DNA of 64,000 bases, taken from assembly GCF_009914755.1 (NCBI RefSeq), contig NC_060938.1. One strand, written 5' to 3'. A program made the translations under genes and the position numbers. Below the pieces are notes generated by a model. The model was not told the DNA's origin. It made no database searches and worked only from the letters and a program-made list of their open reading frames with translations. Source of the stretch: the human T2T-CHM13v2.0 reference genome, Homo sapiens. Positions 27,652 to 45,840 of the stretch are shown here, in pieces. Numbering within the stretch: the first letter of the stretch is position 1; each line of letters starts with the position of its first letter.

Positions 27652-28876
27652 GGGGCCAAGTCTTTTCATCATTATGTCCCCAGTGTCTGGTACCAGTTTG
27701 TTTTCCACTACATGAGATGCTTCAGAACTTGATCGTGTTGAAATGACTGAATGAGTGAATGGTTCCCTAAGGGATTTATACTAAAGTCAAATATTGGCTT
27801 CTGGTTTCCTTATTTTATTTTTAAGCATAGGTATATAAGACAAGTGAAATAAAGACCAACTTCACTCTTTCAGCAGAAATGGGACAGGCTAGAATCCCTT
27901 CTGACCCAACTAGCCATGCTATCCTGAAATGACCTCAGGTTTCCTGTACACTTCTCTAAGTGGTGAAACATGCTCAGCATCTACCAGGTCCCAGATCCCA
28001 TGAATGACATTAATTGTTTCCATAAGGTTTATTCAAAAAGGGGAGTGGAAACTGGGATTCTTCTCTTTACTACTGGCATGTTATAATGAATATGAATTAT
28101 ATGAATAAGTGGCAAGGTATGGCTCTCGGCATACTCTAATGGTCTACTACAAAATCAATAGGAATATGGCCAGAATGTGACAACATGGAAAATAATAAAC
28201 TTCTAATTGACTCAGTTTTTTCACCTTTGCCCTGAGAACCATGATGAGCCATGAAATCCCAGAGTGCCCACGCATCACTGCAAATGCTACTGGACCAGGG
28301 CATCTTATTCTTTTTTTTATTTCCTCCCCTGTCTTCTAACCCCAACTCCATCCTAGGACCTAAGACAGTTTCCAGAGGACAGTAAATTTCAAATATTGTT
28401 CAGATGACTGGCATTTCTTCATAGCTAATATGTTATGGGGGAAATAATATCCTTAGAAATCCTCGTACATTGAAAATCTCAACAGGCCAAGAAGTGATAA
28501 TTCAGATGAAGTCTACACTGAAAAACCACAATAGAGAGAACCAAACATCTCATTATCTGAAAGTAACTGCTTGAGTCTGCTATAAATGTATTTTTGTAGG
28601 GTTTCCTTAAAACTTTACTGCATGACATTTTAAAATTGAAAATAAAGCTATTTTAAATCATTGAAATTCAACTGCCCACTTGCTCAAAGAAGATATTTAT
28701 ACAGTTATTTGTTTCTCCAATAGGAATAACTGGCTCACTGCATGCAGTATTCAATTCTTTTGATGATATTTCAGTTTCCAAGTATACCTAAAAAGTAGAA
28801 TGATCTGGCATTTTATTGAATTCTTTGATTCTATATAGGCTCATATGAGTATCACCTTTTTTTTTCTGTACTATAG

Positions 28877-28897
28877 ATATCATTCATATTCGCCAAG
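28877..28897 (+). other. Candidate 21-nt microexon, host gene unidentified
   Basis: T9-CTGTACTATAG acceptor, AAG|GTAAGA donor, length divisible by 3, no internal stop in any frame. Confidence 0.45.
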
Positions 28898-30169
28898 GTA
28901 AGAAATTGGGTTAACCCTAGTTCACTTTTTTCTTCAAAAATGATGTCTTTTAAATATCGGGACAAGAAATCTATATTTGAGTTTGTTATTCAGCATGGCT
29001 TATAGTTTCTATTCAGAATTCTACTTACAAATAAATCAATTCTAATTTTCTCAAAACCAAAATTACTCCAGAAAAAATTCAGCAATAGCAAACATTGATC
29101 CAGCATGAAAACTGAAAAAATTTAAAATTTATTACTTGATCTGCTCTCTCATACATTCAATATTAGAAATAAAATAATTCTTAATACTCTTCCCCAAATT
29201 CTATGCCAGTAAAATTGAGTTGCTTCATCATTTTTTATATCAAAGATTCCTTTTTTAAAAACAGTTATACAAGTCAGGAATTGCTTCTCAAAAACCACAT
29301 TATGTTTTATAATGATTTAATAACCATGTAATCAAAACTCTCCCAACTTTTAGTCAATATTATTTATTTGGTGAAACTCAATGAATTTTTTATGTTAAGT
29401 TAAACATAGCTTAAGCTTCTTTTATAGATGTTACTTTGAATCCATCTGTTATCATTAGATTGGGAGGGAGGAGATAGACTTTAAAATAGTTTAACTTCAG
29501 CATAATGATTAATTCTAAATTTTATTAAATCCTAATAACTTGCAGATATGTTACCTAATGTGTATGTTTATGTATATATTAAATGTCTCTGACATACATA
29601 GGATGCATACATATCTCTGACATGCATACATATTTTAACTCCATTTTATTGATGGAGAAAGTGAAAGACTAATGGAGTTGTAAAAATTAGTTTGAAATAA
29701 GAGGAATAGGATCTGGGTTTCTCCCTCCTATTCAAGTGTGTCTCTCCTGGTTATTAACTTTTGGAGATATAGATTTTTAAATGAATTACATTAATACATT
29801 TTTAAAACCAAAATTTGTCTGTTATTATAGCAACTTGAAGTACAAAGATGTTAGTAATTTTCATTTGTTCACATTGTTCAATCGCTGTAAAGATCAAGTT
29901 TAGAACACTGTATTCAATTCCTTCGAAAGCACACACTGATGACACTGACCAATATGGAGAAAGAAGAAACTGCATTTGTAGTGATGACTGCAAACGATGA
30001 GCGCAGATGGAGAAATACTGAGTATGGGACCTAAAGGGAGCTATTCAGGTAGAGATGTTCATCAGGTAGCTCTATTTATGGACTCTTACTGTGCATCAGT
30101 TTATTACAAAGGCACTTGGGACACAAAAACAAATCCCAGTAAGGAAACAAAGGACGGAATAGGTGTCAG

Positions 30170-30768
30170 TGTCTGTCAGAGTCTGGTTAGGGCATAGAGG
30201 TCACACTAATTACTTTTAATAGAAAAAAATTTAGTGTAGATAGTTATATTGAGTAGATGAAAAGGCAAAGAGAGAACTCTAAGGTATCACAGAGATATCA
30301 CCTGCAGAAAGCCTCTTCTACCCCTACAATTGGGAAAACAAAGTGAAAGGTTGGGATTATTAAAATTTAGAAGGTTTAGAGGAGGTGACTCATACGCCTG
30401 AGACCCAGACATCTAAGAAGGGGCACTGCTCACCTAATGTGTCTGATTCTGCCAGTGTTAGAGAACCTAAACTGCAAAGTGCATTTGATTGCTGCTCTTG
30501 GATTCAACTGCCACTGCCAGGGTGAAGTGAGGCAAGGCAGATCCTGACAAAATTAGGAAGTACACATAAACTCAACGGAAAAAAGGAAGTGCATTTTCCC
30601 TCCACCAGCTGTGCAGTCTCCCTGGAACCCCTGCTGAGAGAGCCTAAGATGAGAGAAATGGCCAGGCAGAGATCTGATTTACAGAGTGCCAGCCCCAGCA
30701 CCACAGAGCAAGCTATACAAGGATATGGGTTTGGAGCTGAGAGACATCATAGCTCAATAACTGAAGCA
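30170..30768 (-). mobile_element. Ancient LTR (LTR78-like)
   Basis: TGTCTGTCAGAGTCTGGTTAGG...TTTGGAGCTGAGAGAC...AATAACTGAAGCA; ends similar to 7500-8584. Confidence 0.45.
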
Positions 30769-30848
30769 GAATGATTTGTCCCAATTGAGGGGAAGGGGTT
30801 CAAAAAGGTTTTGATAAATAAAGTTGAATTGAGTCAAAGAAGTTACAA

Positions 30849-31090
30849 TTTATTGAATAATTAGAATGTGTCAAGCATGGTATTAAGCACTTCAAGTTCA
30901 TTAGTTCATTTAATTGAATCCTCACAACAACCATTTGAAGTAGATATTATTATCCCAAGTTTATAGATAAGAAAATTGAGGTTCAAGGAGGTTATGTGAC
31001 TTGACCAAAGCTATATAGTTAGTAATTTGGGATCCAGGACTCAACCCCAGGTCCATCTGCCTCCAAAATGTAAGCTCTCAAACATTATAA
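30849..31090 (-). mobile_element. MIR, near full length
   Basis: AATCCTCACAACAACC...TTTATAGATAAGAAAATTGAGGTTCA...GTGACTTGACCAAAG. Confidence 0.82.
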
Positions 31091-31099
31091 CGTACACTC

Positions 31100-32160
31100 T
31101 CTTGAAAGACTGGTAGGTGTTTAATAAATAGAAACTGAGCAAAGGACATTCCAAGCAGAGAGAAAGCACAACCAAAGTCATAGAGGTAAGAAATAGCCTG
31201 GCAGAAGTAGGAAACCAAAAGAAATTCCACAGTTTAAATCTAACGTAAAAAGGAATACAGAGGCCAGGCACAGTGGCTCACGCCTGAAATTCCAGCACTT
31301 TGGGAGGCTGAGGCAGGCAGATCACCTGAGGTCAGGAGTTCGACTCTACTAAAAAGAAATACAAAAAAATTAGCCAGGTGTGGTGGCATGCGCCTGTATC
31401 CCAGCTACTCAAGAGGCTGAGGCAGGAGAATCGTTTGAACCCGGGAAGTGGAGGTTGTAGTGAGCTGAGATCACACTCCAGCTTGGGCAACAGAGCGAGA
31501 ATATGTCTCAAATTTAAAAAAAAAAAAAAGAATACTGAGTAAATGGTTCATTGGATAGTTCATCAGAAACCAGTGCAAGGAAGACTCAATAGAGCATGTT
31601 TTCAAGGATTCATGTTTTCATGGATCAGCTTTATCCTGAGGGCAGTGGAGAGCCATTGAAAGGTTAAACAGCAGAATAGCCTAATACATTTTGTACTTTT
31701 TTTAAGTGTTCTTGCAAATATGTGAAAGGCTTATTGAACAGATGTCAGAATGGAAACAAGAGAGCTAGTTAGGAGACTTTTCCCAGAATCCAGAGAACAT
31801 ATGAGAACGGCGTGAATAAAAGCAGTAGTGATGGTGGTAGACAGAAGAGAATCAAGAGGAGAGATGCTAAGAAGGTAGAAGGTATGAACTGATGACACAC
31901 TGTAAGGGATTTAAAAGACAAGAGAGAGAAAGCAATGCAGGGCAACTCCTGATCTTCTAACTGGGGGACCAGGTGAATGATGGTGCCTTTGATCAAGTCA
32001 GGAAAAGGTTGGAAATAAGACATTTGGGAGAAGGAGATATTAAGTTTTATACATGTGGAGTTTAAGATAGAAAATACAGGTTAAGATATGCAATCAGCAG
32101 TATGATATAGATTGCTGGTGTTCAGAAAGGAGGTATGGGCTGGAGATCAAGGTCATCATT
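31100..32160 (-). mobile_element. L2 relic interrupted by an Alu
   Basis: GGACATTCCAAGCAGAG, TTTATCCTGAGGGCAGTGGAGAGCCATTGAAAGG, GGGCTGGAGAT. Confidence 0.7.
31262..31529 (+). mobile_element. AluSx-like with two internal deletions
   Basis: GATCACCTGAGGTCAGGAGTTCGA joined directly to CTCTACTAAAAA (about 30 nt missing); short second deletion before CACTCCAGC; degenerate TSD GAATACAGA/GAATACTGA. Confidence 0.92.
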
Positions 32161-32602
32161 TTTAGTGATTAATGTCTTTATCTGCCTTTTCTGGAAAATA
32201 CACAAAACCAAGGGGCTAAACATTAGGAAAATCTCTTTTAACCTTGAAAGTATTAAACTTGGATTTGCACCAAGCTAAAAAATCCAGGAATATTAGAAGA
32301 GAGTTTTTCAAATCTATTATGTATAATTGGTACAAAAATTTCAACTAATTGAGAGAAAAAATAGAAAGACACAAACGTCAACCAGAAATATAGCATCCTC
32401 AGCATGCTCCTTGAATTTCACTTTTAAATAAATTTAGAATTGTTCTTATTGCATAAAAAGTCTCATCGATTATTTTAACAGATATCCCAAACCTACTCCT
32501 AATGTACTAGATTGCTAGATATTTCTATTTGTATATATTAGAATGTGGGAGTATTTGTAATAAATCAGGTAACTCAAGCAAACTGTACCAGAATACATTA
32601 TC

Positions 32603-32760
32603 TTTTTTTTAAGACAAGGTGTAGCTCTGTTGCCCAGGCTGGAGTGCAGTGGTGCAATCACAGTTCACTATAGTCTCAACCTCCCAGGCTCAAGCAATCC
32701 TCCCACCTCAGCCCCGACAAGTAGCAGGGACTGCAGGTGCACCTCCAAAACCGGCTAATT

Positions 32761-32794
<34 letters not shown>

Positions 32795-32908
32795 GACAGG
32801 ATCTTGCTATATTGCGCAGCCTAATCTCAAACTCCTGGGCTCAAGTAAACTTCCTCCCTTGGCCTCCCAAATTGCTGGGATTACTGGCATGAGCCACCAC
32901 ACCTGGCT
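32603..32908 (-). mobile_element. AluJ with expanded central poly(T) linker
   Basis: GGCTCAAGCAATCCTCCCACC diagnostics; ~30-nt T run at 32759-32791; TSD CATTATC(T)n at 32596 and 32909. Confidence 0.93.
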
Positions 32909-33637
32909 CATTATCTTTTTTTAATAATACTTAGCCCTGATTCTTCATAAATTGCTACATAGGATTATAATTATCGATAAAAATAAGAACAATCTTTTCA
33001 AGTAATAATTAACATAAATACTTATCCACTCAAAAAGACAATTTTTATAGCTATAGTAATATTCAATCCCATTTCTCACTCTTAACAGAATCCCTAATTT
33101 CCAATCATGTACTTAGGGGATTGGCTTAAGCATGTCAGCAAAATTACAAGCTCTGCCACAGTTATTGATTCAGGGATGGTGAAGGAACCCAAGCCTAAAC
33201 AAGTCAATGCAGTATATAACACTCTCTTGGCATGCTATCTAAGTCAATCCAAGGAGAGTGAGTCTCAGGACTTTTGTTTGATGGTTAGAAGAGAAAAAAC
33301 AGTATCACAGGAGGCAATAAAGAGATAGGAAAAAACTCATACTTGGTGATATCACTGGGTATTCAGACCACCCCTAGATTAAACCAACATTAGATAAAAC
33401 CACCTCCAAATTCCAGCCTACCTCTTGTTCAAGTCAGTTTGAGTTGGGTTCTCTGAAACATCACCAACTGTTTCATTTTCTGCAATGAATAGAATGGATA
33501 TTACTTATCAGGGTTTTTTTCTTCTATTAAGAAAGGTAATTAACAAAACTCCACTATGTAACTTCTTGAAATCTATCTGAAATGATCACACAAAAAAATT
33601 CAAGTAGTTAATATCCTAAAATTAAGAATTTTTTTTA

Positions 33638-34010
<373 letters not shown>

Positions 34011-34594
34011 TTAAACATTTTTATTTATATAGAGATTTTATTTCAAGGTTAGTATATTAAATGTTACTTACAAGTAATATCCATTGTTATTGAAAGATAA
34101 AATTAAGGTTCTATACTTTCAAACCTTGAAAATTTTATTTCAAGACCTCCAGTTCCAATCACTCACATTTATAGACTTATATAACCTTATTAGGTTACCT
34201 ACCTCATACGCTGTTTGACTTTGGACAGCATAGCATCCAATTCTCTGATACTAAACTCAGCACAACATCCTATCTTGCTCTGAGGCGGGCAGAGGATTGG
34301 TTTTGCTAGCAACACCCAATAATAATAAAGGGAGACCTTACACCTCAAACACCATATTTCTTCTCTCTGTGGCTTCTCTCATGATACTGCCTCTTCTTCT
34401 GTCCATTGCACTCCAACCCAATCAATTTAAATAGGCAAATAAGCTTACCAACCTATTTGAAATTTCCAGATGGGAAACAGGAGCAAATGCATGTAGTTGA
34501 GATAATTCACAAATACTGCCTCCCCTGACTTAGCATACTATACATTTAAAACATTAATCAGTCCCTTCAGAGACTCATTTTAAAAATTTGATAA

Positions 34595-38698
<4,104 letters not shown>

Positions 38699-39367
38699 CT
38701 TTTAAAAAGAAATCATTCGTGGCATAACTACAATGTGCAAGATTTTGTACTAAAGGCTGGGTGGACAAAAGATGTATTAGATGTTGCAAGGCTGGGCTAT
38801 TAAATACCAAGTACTCTAAGACACTATTTCTAAAATTTGTATGGCTGCTGCCAATGATTCATGTGTGCCTAATTTAAACAAATCATCAGGATTTCCTTAG
38901 ATGTAGATAATATCAGATGAACTTATCCAGATATTCTACACTGTTTCCCATTCTAATAATCAGACACTTTGATTAACATTCAACTTTTATTAAAAAGCAG
39001 AATTCTGATACTAGGGAAAATTTACAAGAAAAGCCAACACCAACATGCAAATATATTTATCACTAAGCTAATATGGCTATGTCAGTCTAAGCATTTGTTT
39101 TCCTTTATAACCGGAAATAGTGGTTTTCAACCTGTGGTCTGTGGAACCTCATGCTCCATGAGGTTACTTGAGGGGTCATAGTAGGAATGACAATCACATG
39201 AGGCTTGGACCTCATGCCTGCTTCAAATTGCAGCAGCTCTATTTTTATGTATTTCATAAATGAAAGGGGTGCAGAGGAAATGTGAGGAGTCATGTAAAAT
39301 TTTACTTAGAAGAAAGGAATTTACTGCTGACAAGGTTTGAAAACTTCTCCCTTAAAAGAATAATATT

Positions 39368-39679
<312 letters not shown>

Positions 39680-40799
39680 CTATAAAGTTGCTCCTGAACA
39701 ATTCCTGACTTCTTGGTTAACTATCTGTCACCTATTCTAGTTTGCCTCTCAGATTAAAGGTAGGAATCGCTTCTTACATATCCTACTGGTACTATTTAAC
39801 TACTTCCTTTCCTAAATTGATGGCTCCTACTAAGGAAAGATGCCTTTAATGTAACACAGAGTAGGATAGACTCCGCAGGGCACTTGGCCCTCTGCATTGT
39901 ATCTCCCCATCTCAAGACGGAAGCCCAGAGGGAGCCTTCTCTCCCAGCCAGCTCCAAATTCACCTACTCATTACCCCTCCCAGTCAATGTTTGGCTTCTC
40001 CATTTTATAACCCAACCTCCTGCTAAGTTTCTGTAGCTTCTTAAAGGAGAGAAACTATTTTTTCCTCCATAGAGTCTAAAATCATAATACATATATAACA
40101 ATTTTAAAAGAAAGCCCCAGAAAGAAGTCTACTGACATCCTGTTCAGTCTTATATTTCCACAAGTCAGAAAAGTCAGACTGCAGAACAAAGGGACTTAAG
40201 CACATGGGAGAGTGTGTCTTGATTTCACTTTGAAGAACTTTGTGCTAAGTCAAATCCATGCACTAAATAAAGGGTTACCAAGGAGTAGTTGTCCTTGATC
40301 TAAAATTTGTAAGTCTTTTCAATTATAAAAATCAATTTTATTTCCACTGAGTCTAGTATTTTAGTCATTATGTGAAAGCTATATATAATTATCCTTTGTG
40401 AATAAGGTGGGGTAAAAAGATTTTAAAATTTGGATCATACTTATAATTGGTTATTAATATGCACATAGGGAAAATCTTTATGCATGTGAAACTTTGTCAA
40501 AGACTTTCTGCAAGTATATTGAAGAGCCACAATATGACATTGGGTAAAGATGCAAATTAATTTTCAGGCATGTGGAGCCATTAAGAATGAGAATGAACAT
40601 GCCATGAAGAATTAAAGGAAATTAAAAACACTTATGACTTTTTAATCTGTACAAACTATAACATTTTATCATCATAAAGCAACTAGTCTTCATAATATTT
40701 AAATGCTCACATAAGAATTAGAGAGAGTGAAATTCCCGAGAGTAACTATGCGTGGCTTTGCCATTTACAAAATACTTTTCTGATCAATCATTTCAGCTA

Positions 40800-40950
40800 G
40801 AGAATAATCCTTTGCCCAAGAAAGGTATCTCTGTCCTCAATTTACAATACCCAGAGACATTTAGTGATATGCCCAAGATCACATAGAAAGATAAAGAGAG
40901 AGAATGACAAGCTGGTCTTCTGACTTCCGCTACATCACACACACTATCCT
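40800..40950 (-). mobile_element. MIR fragment
   Basis: CCCAGAGACATTTAGTGATATGCCCAAGATCACATAG. Confidence 0.5.
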
Positions 40951-41094
40951 GCAAGGCAGTCCACATAGCAATGTGCTTGTACCTGCACACTAGTATAAAC
41001 ACATGCTAATGCAGGCATACACCTGCTCTCCTTATACCTTACCCCTAAAATAACCAAGAAAAATGAAAATCCTATTTTTTAAAATAGCATTTGG

Positions 41095-41360
41095 ATACTA
41101 CATGTTCTCACCTATAAGTGGGAGCTAAGCATTGGATACACATGGACATAAAGACGGCAACAATAGAAACTGGGGACTACTAGAGGCCGGAGTACAGGAA
41201 AAGGGCAAGAGTTGAAAAACTATTGGGTACTATGCTCAGTACCTGGGTGATGGGATTATTTGTGCCCCAAACCTCAGCATAATGCAATGTATCCATGCAA
41301 CAAACCTACACATGTACCCCTGAATCTAAAATAAAAGTTGAAATGATTTTTTAAATAAAG
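41095..41360 (+). mobile_element. L1PB4-like 3' end
   Basis: CATGTTCTCACCTATAAGTGGGAGCTAA...GGGTACTATGCTCAGTACCTGGGTGATGGG...CCCCTGAATCTAAAATAAAAGTTG. Confidence 0.88.
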
Positions 41361-41847
41361 AAAAATTATAGGAAAGCACAAAGAAAAATGGTTTTGGAGA
41401 AGCTTTATTATATAAAACTATAAACTCACATAGCTAAACTTAATTTTATTATATATACATTTATAATAGTCTGCCAGGTATTGCTGCATTTTTACACACC
41501 TCAATTTCACTACTAGACCACAAACTCTTTGAGAGAAAGGACGATACTTTATATTAAAACATACTTTTGGACTCAGAGCATTTAACAAAATGCCTGGTAT
41601 ATAGTATACATATAATATGCGGGGTGAATTCAGGCATAACTATACCACAAATTTTAAGAATAAAACAAATTTAACTGTTTTTTGCAAAGTAGTCAACTGA
41701 AGCAAAGCCATTGTGTGAATCAACCAAGATAAGTTAGTGGCAGAGTCAGATCTAAACTCTAAAATCTAGACAACAATGAATTTTGAGACTTAGAAGCCAT
41801 TTTATACGCTATTTTACCCGTCACCTTTGTTTTAGATAGATTTTGTT

Positions 41848-42168
<321 letters not shown>

Positions 42169-42199
42169 TCAAAGCCCTGAATCAATGTACATCATATAT

Positions 42200-42206
42200 A
42201 CACACA

Positions 42207-42239
<33 letters not shown>
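42200..42239. repeat. (CA)n microsatellite
   Basis: About 20 CA units with one interruption. Confidence 0.95.
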
Positions 42240-42241
<2 letters not shown>

Positions 42242-43959
42242 CTTATATTGAGCCACTGCTAGCTTCTTAATAAAAATGTTATCTATAAATGAGTGGAAGG
42301 ATGCCATCAGCAAGTAGCCCGGTGACACCAGAAAGATGCTGATTTGTGTGGCTCAGGCGTCAGGCATTGACACCAAATGAGATTATCAATTGCTCCTCCA
42401 GCTCCTTCGAGTCCCCCCCACTGATATGAAAAGCAGGCAAGTCACATGACAGACCACTGACATCCACATCATACACCAGAAAGAACCATAATAACTTGCT
42501 GCCATTGAGACAAGAGTACATTGAGGTCTAACTTTTCCAGAAAGCCCCATCAGCTTCACTCACAGCTACTGTGGAGGAGAAACACTCCCTTACACTAAAA
42601 ACCTCATTATAATTCCACTTATTTCATTTTCCTAGAATGACACTGGTAGGCATCTGGACTCAGATTCTGAGCCAGGCCAAAGAGTGAATGAATCAATGAG
42701 CATTCTATCCAGCAATAAAGGAATCGTATCCCTAGACTTTATGTTTAAATCCTGTTTATATTATATTCTGCAATTACATACAAACCCTATCGTTACCAGC
42801 TTTTTAATAGTTTGAAATTTCATTTAAAGACAATGAGTAGCTTGACTTTATTTCTGAGCACACAGCCATAACAGCCATTTCTATTTTTTAAATTCTCTAT
42901 TGGAAGTTTCTAAAAAGTTCTTTGAGATTATTTTCAATGCTATATTGGATTGTGATTGATTTCTATTTTTATTTTATCCTGTCCTTCCACTTTTTAACTT
43001 ACTAATGAAGAATCACTATAGCCTAAGTGCCTTACATGAAACCATACTCAGTATTTCTCACAAGCTCTCCTGACAAAAAGTTTGGCTGTCTCTATTTAAG
43101 TAATAAACTAGCAAAGAGGTGAAGGAACTAACAATATTAGCAAATTAATCCTTCTCAAACGCAAATGTGAACAAATGCCACTTCACTGCATACATTACCT
43201 CCTTATTAAAATTATGTCAAAGACGGTTTTGAAGACCATCCAAGATCTTTTCACAGAGTTCAGTTCAAGCAATTTGAACTGTAGTGTATAATTCCACTGC
43301 CTTTGTACTGTATGGCAATCGTGTACACTTTGTCTCGTGGACCTCACATAAGAAGATGTTTTGGAAGAACCACATTTTTCAGATATTTCCTACCAAGCTC
43401 AGCACATTGAAATAGACTGAATACAAGAGAGAATGAAACTAATTTAAAATTTTGGGAGAGAACTGCACATAAGCAATATAATTTAAGAGTTCTACTGAAC
43501 ATTTACAGACCTTCCCTTAATGCTGGATTTGTCTCTATTATACCTAAAAATTAATTTGTTAACAAAGATATATCCTATGCTATTCCCCAAAGACTTTTTT
43601 CTCCAAAAGGAAACTTCGAAATACAAGAAAGGAAAGTGTGACTATTCACTAATATGACAAATGGCAGAGTGGCATTCCAAACAAGCATAGCTATGATTAA
43701 TGTATGTGCAAACATCCATTAAATAGAAAAATCTCTACAGTACCAAATAGAAATCCTGACCAAATCATGAGCTGTTATGACAAGTCCTCATTATTTTTAC
43801 AACCCAGGAAACTGTTACCCAGTTGGAATCTCAGTGGTTTGGCCATGCCTGCTGGTGGCAAAATAAGGACAGATAATCCCTGAACAAAATATTTATACTA
43901 TAATGAGCACCTTATCTAAAAATGACTTCTCTGAGCTCTGACAGCTTTATCTATATTAC

Positions 43960-44306
43960 ATAACCATGCAAATCACAGTTAGTTGGACTAAGGATGGATG
44001 CTTAATCCAATAGCATAAACATATTTCTTCAACTAAAAATTTGGTATTGGAATCAAGTAGCCAGTCAGCAACATGCAAATGTGGGGACTGTGGAGCACCT
44101 CAGAAAATGAGTCAGTGGGAGGATGGAGGAGCAGGGAAGAAGAGAAGGGAGGTAGTGGCTTTTCAGTTTTTCCAGCTCCTTTTCTGAGGCCCTGATGCAT
44201 TCCTGATCTCGAGATATGTTTCTGTCTCCTTATAATAAATTCCCCTGTGTTGCTTACTTCTTGAGTTGACTTGTTATCTAAAACCCAGAATCCTAAGTAA
44301 TGACAC
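43960..44306 (+). mobile_element. Ancient ERVL LTR fragment (LTR67B/LTR16-like)
   Basis: CTGAGGCCCTGATGCATTCCTG...CCTTATAATAAATTCCCC...TAATGACA. Confidence 0.5.
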
Positions 44307-45334
44307 ATCTATACATTAAGTTACTCTTATATTTTACTTACACTTTCATAGGTCTACAGCTTATCTCTTCATCCAAAGTATAAGGTCCCTGAGAGCAAAA
44401 ACTATTCTCTATACTTGTTTGCAGTCATACACCACATACACAATACCTTGAATAGAGCAAGCAGACTTCAAATATTTGCTCACCCATTATGGCTCTATGT
44501 TGACATATTTTTTCATTTTTATTCAGAAATATTGTTGTTAATTGCATTATCATGAAAGTTTATAATTATGATCCATCGCGTGACCTACATACAAGCACAC
44601 ATGTTGTTTTGGTGGTGTTTTCTCAGTATTTGCAAACACAAGGAATTAACCTCCTGGCTCTGTTTTCCAACTTTTGGATAACAGATTGTGTTATGTGCTG
44701 TTCCTTGTATTACTTCTGCAACTTGTCCATGTTGAAAATGCAAATTAAGAAGACTGAAGAGCAGCCCATTAGATACACAGTTAAACAAGTTTCTCCGGGG
44801 AGGCAGTCAGAGCCACACACCCTGAGAAAACGGTGTATGTAACCAAGTCAGAAAAATTTCAACTAAGATACATGGTTTGTTGAAGAGCAGATGGTAGGAA
44901 AGAAAAGGGTTAGCTTTAGTAATCGTCCACCTTTCTTTCTTAAAAGGTCTTTCTAGCCTATAACCAAATTCCCTCCTTTCAGCATTGCCTCTCTGAGCCA
45001 TTTGGGGTGGACCCCTGACAGCCATATGTGTATTATTTAACCCCAAAGTGACTAGGAGCAGATCTCTTTGCTTCTTCAGTTGAGGTCCTCATATTCATAC
45101 CTTCCTATGCCCAGTAACGAGTCAATGTTCTCATGGTTTCCCCCGTGGATCACAGCAGCAGTGTCCCAGCAGTACTCTTTAAATTCATCCCATTTCTTTC
45201 CAATTCATTCTCCGTAATACTACCAGTTCTAAAGCCATCTGTTTCTACATCAGTCCTTTACTCAAGAATCAACATGTCTTTCAGAGGCCAAAACTGATCC
45301 CTTTACCCATTTGTCCTACTTCCCCACTACTGCT

Positions 45335-45840
45335 CATTTATCTATTCAATAATGTGTATCAAAGACCTGATAGGGGCAAGGCATTGTGCTAAGCACTAGG
45401 AACACTATGGGAAACACAGACAAGTAAACAGGTTGTAATGCTGTGGTGATAAGTCATATAATAGAGTTAATCATACAGTACTAAGATGGCACACAAAAGG
45501 CACACCAAATCCTGTCTGAACAGCAAGAAAAGGTTTCCTGGGCAAAATGATATCCAAAAGGCAAGTAGTTATTAGGAACATGGTGATGAGCAAGAAGAAA
45601 TATGTGCATATGTGCATGGGCCGAGATGCAAGTGGCAGCAGGGGAGATGATGGAAAGTAGATGAAGATAGGTGGAATCAAGAAGACTTGGTAATGGATTG
45701 AATACGGGAGCTGAAGGGATGTGAGTGGTAAAGGGAGAGGGAGGTACCAAAAATGACTACCAGATACCTAGCATGAGAAGTCACATAGACAGGAGTGTCT
45801 TATAATTAAATGGAGAAAAGTGTTTGATAAGAAGATCATA
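45335..45840 (-). mobile_element. L2 fragment
   Basis: CATTTATCTATTCAA...GGCATTGTGCTAAGCACTAGG...GACTTGGTAATGGATTG. Confidence 0.6.

Noticed and set aside
28742-28811. Possible pre-miRNA hairpin
   Set aside because: Pairing needs many bulges and mismatches in AU-rich sequence; no known mature miRNA recognised
29931-30025. Possible box C/D snoRNA (TGATGA...GTGATGA...CTGA)
   Set aside because: Box C lacks the leading purine, the first CTGA is only 3 nt after it, the terminal stem is weak and I recognise no rRNA-complementary guide; an Infernal/snoscan search would settle it
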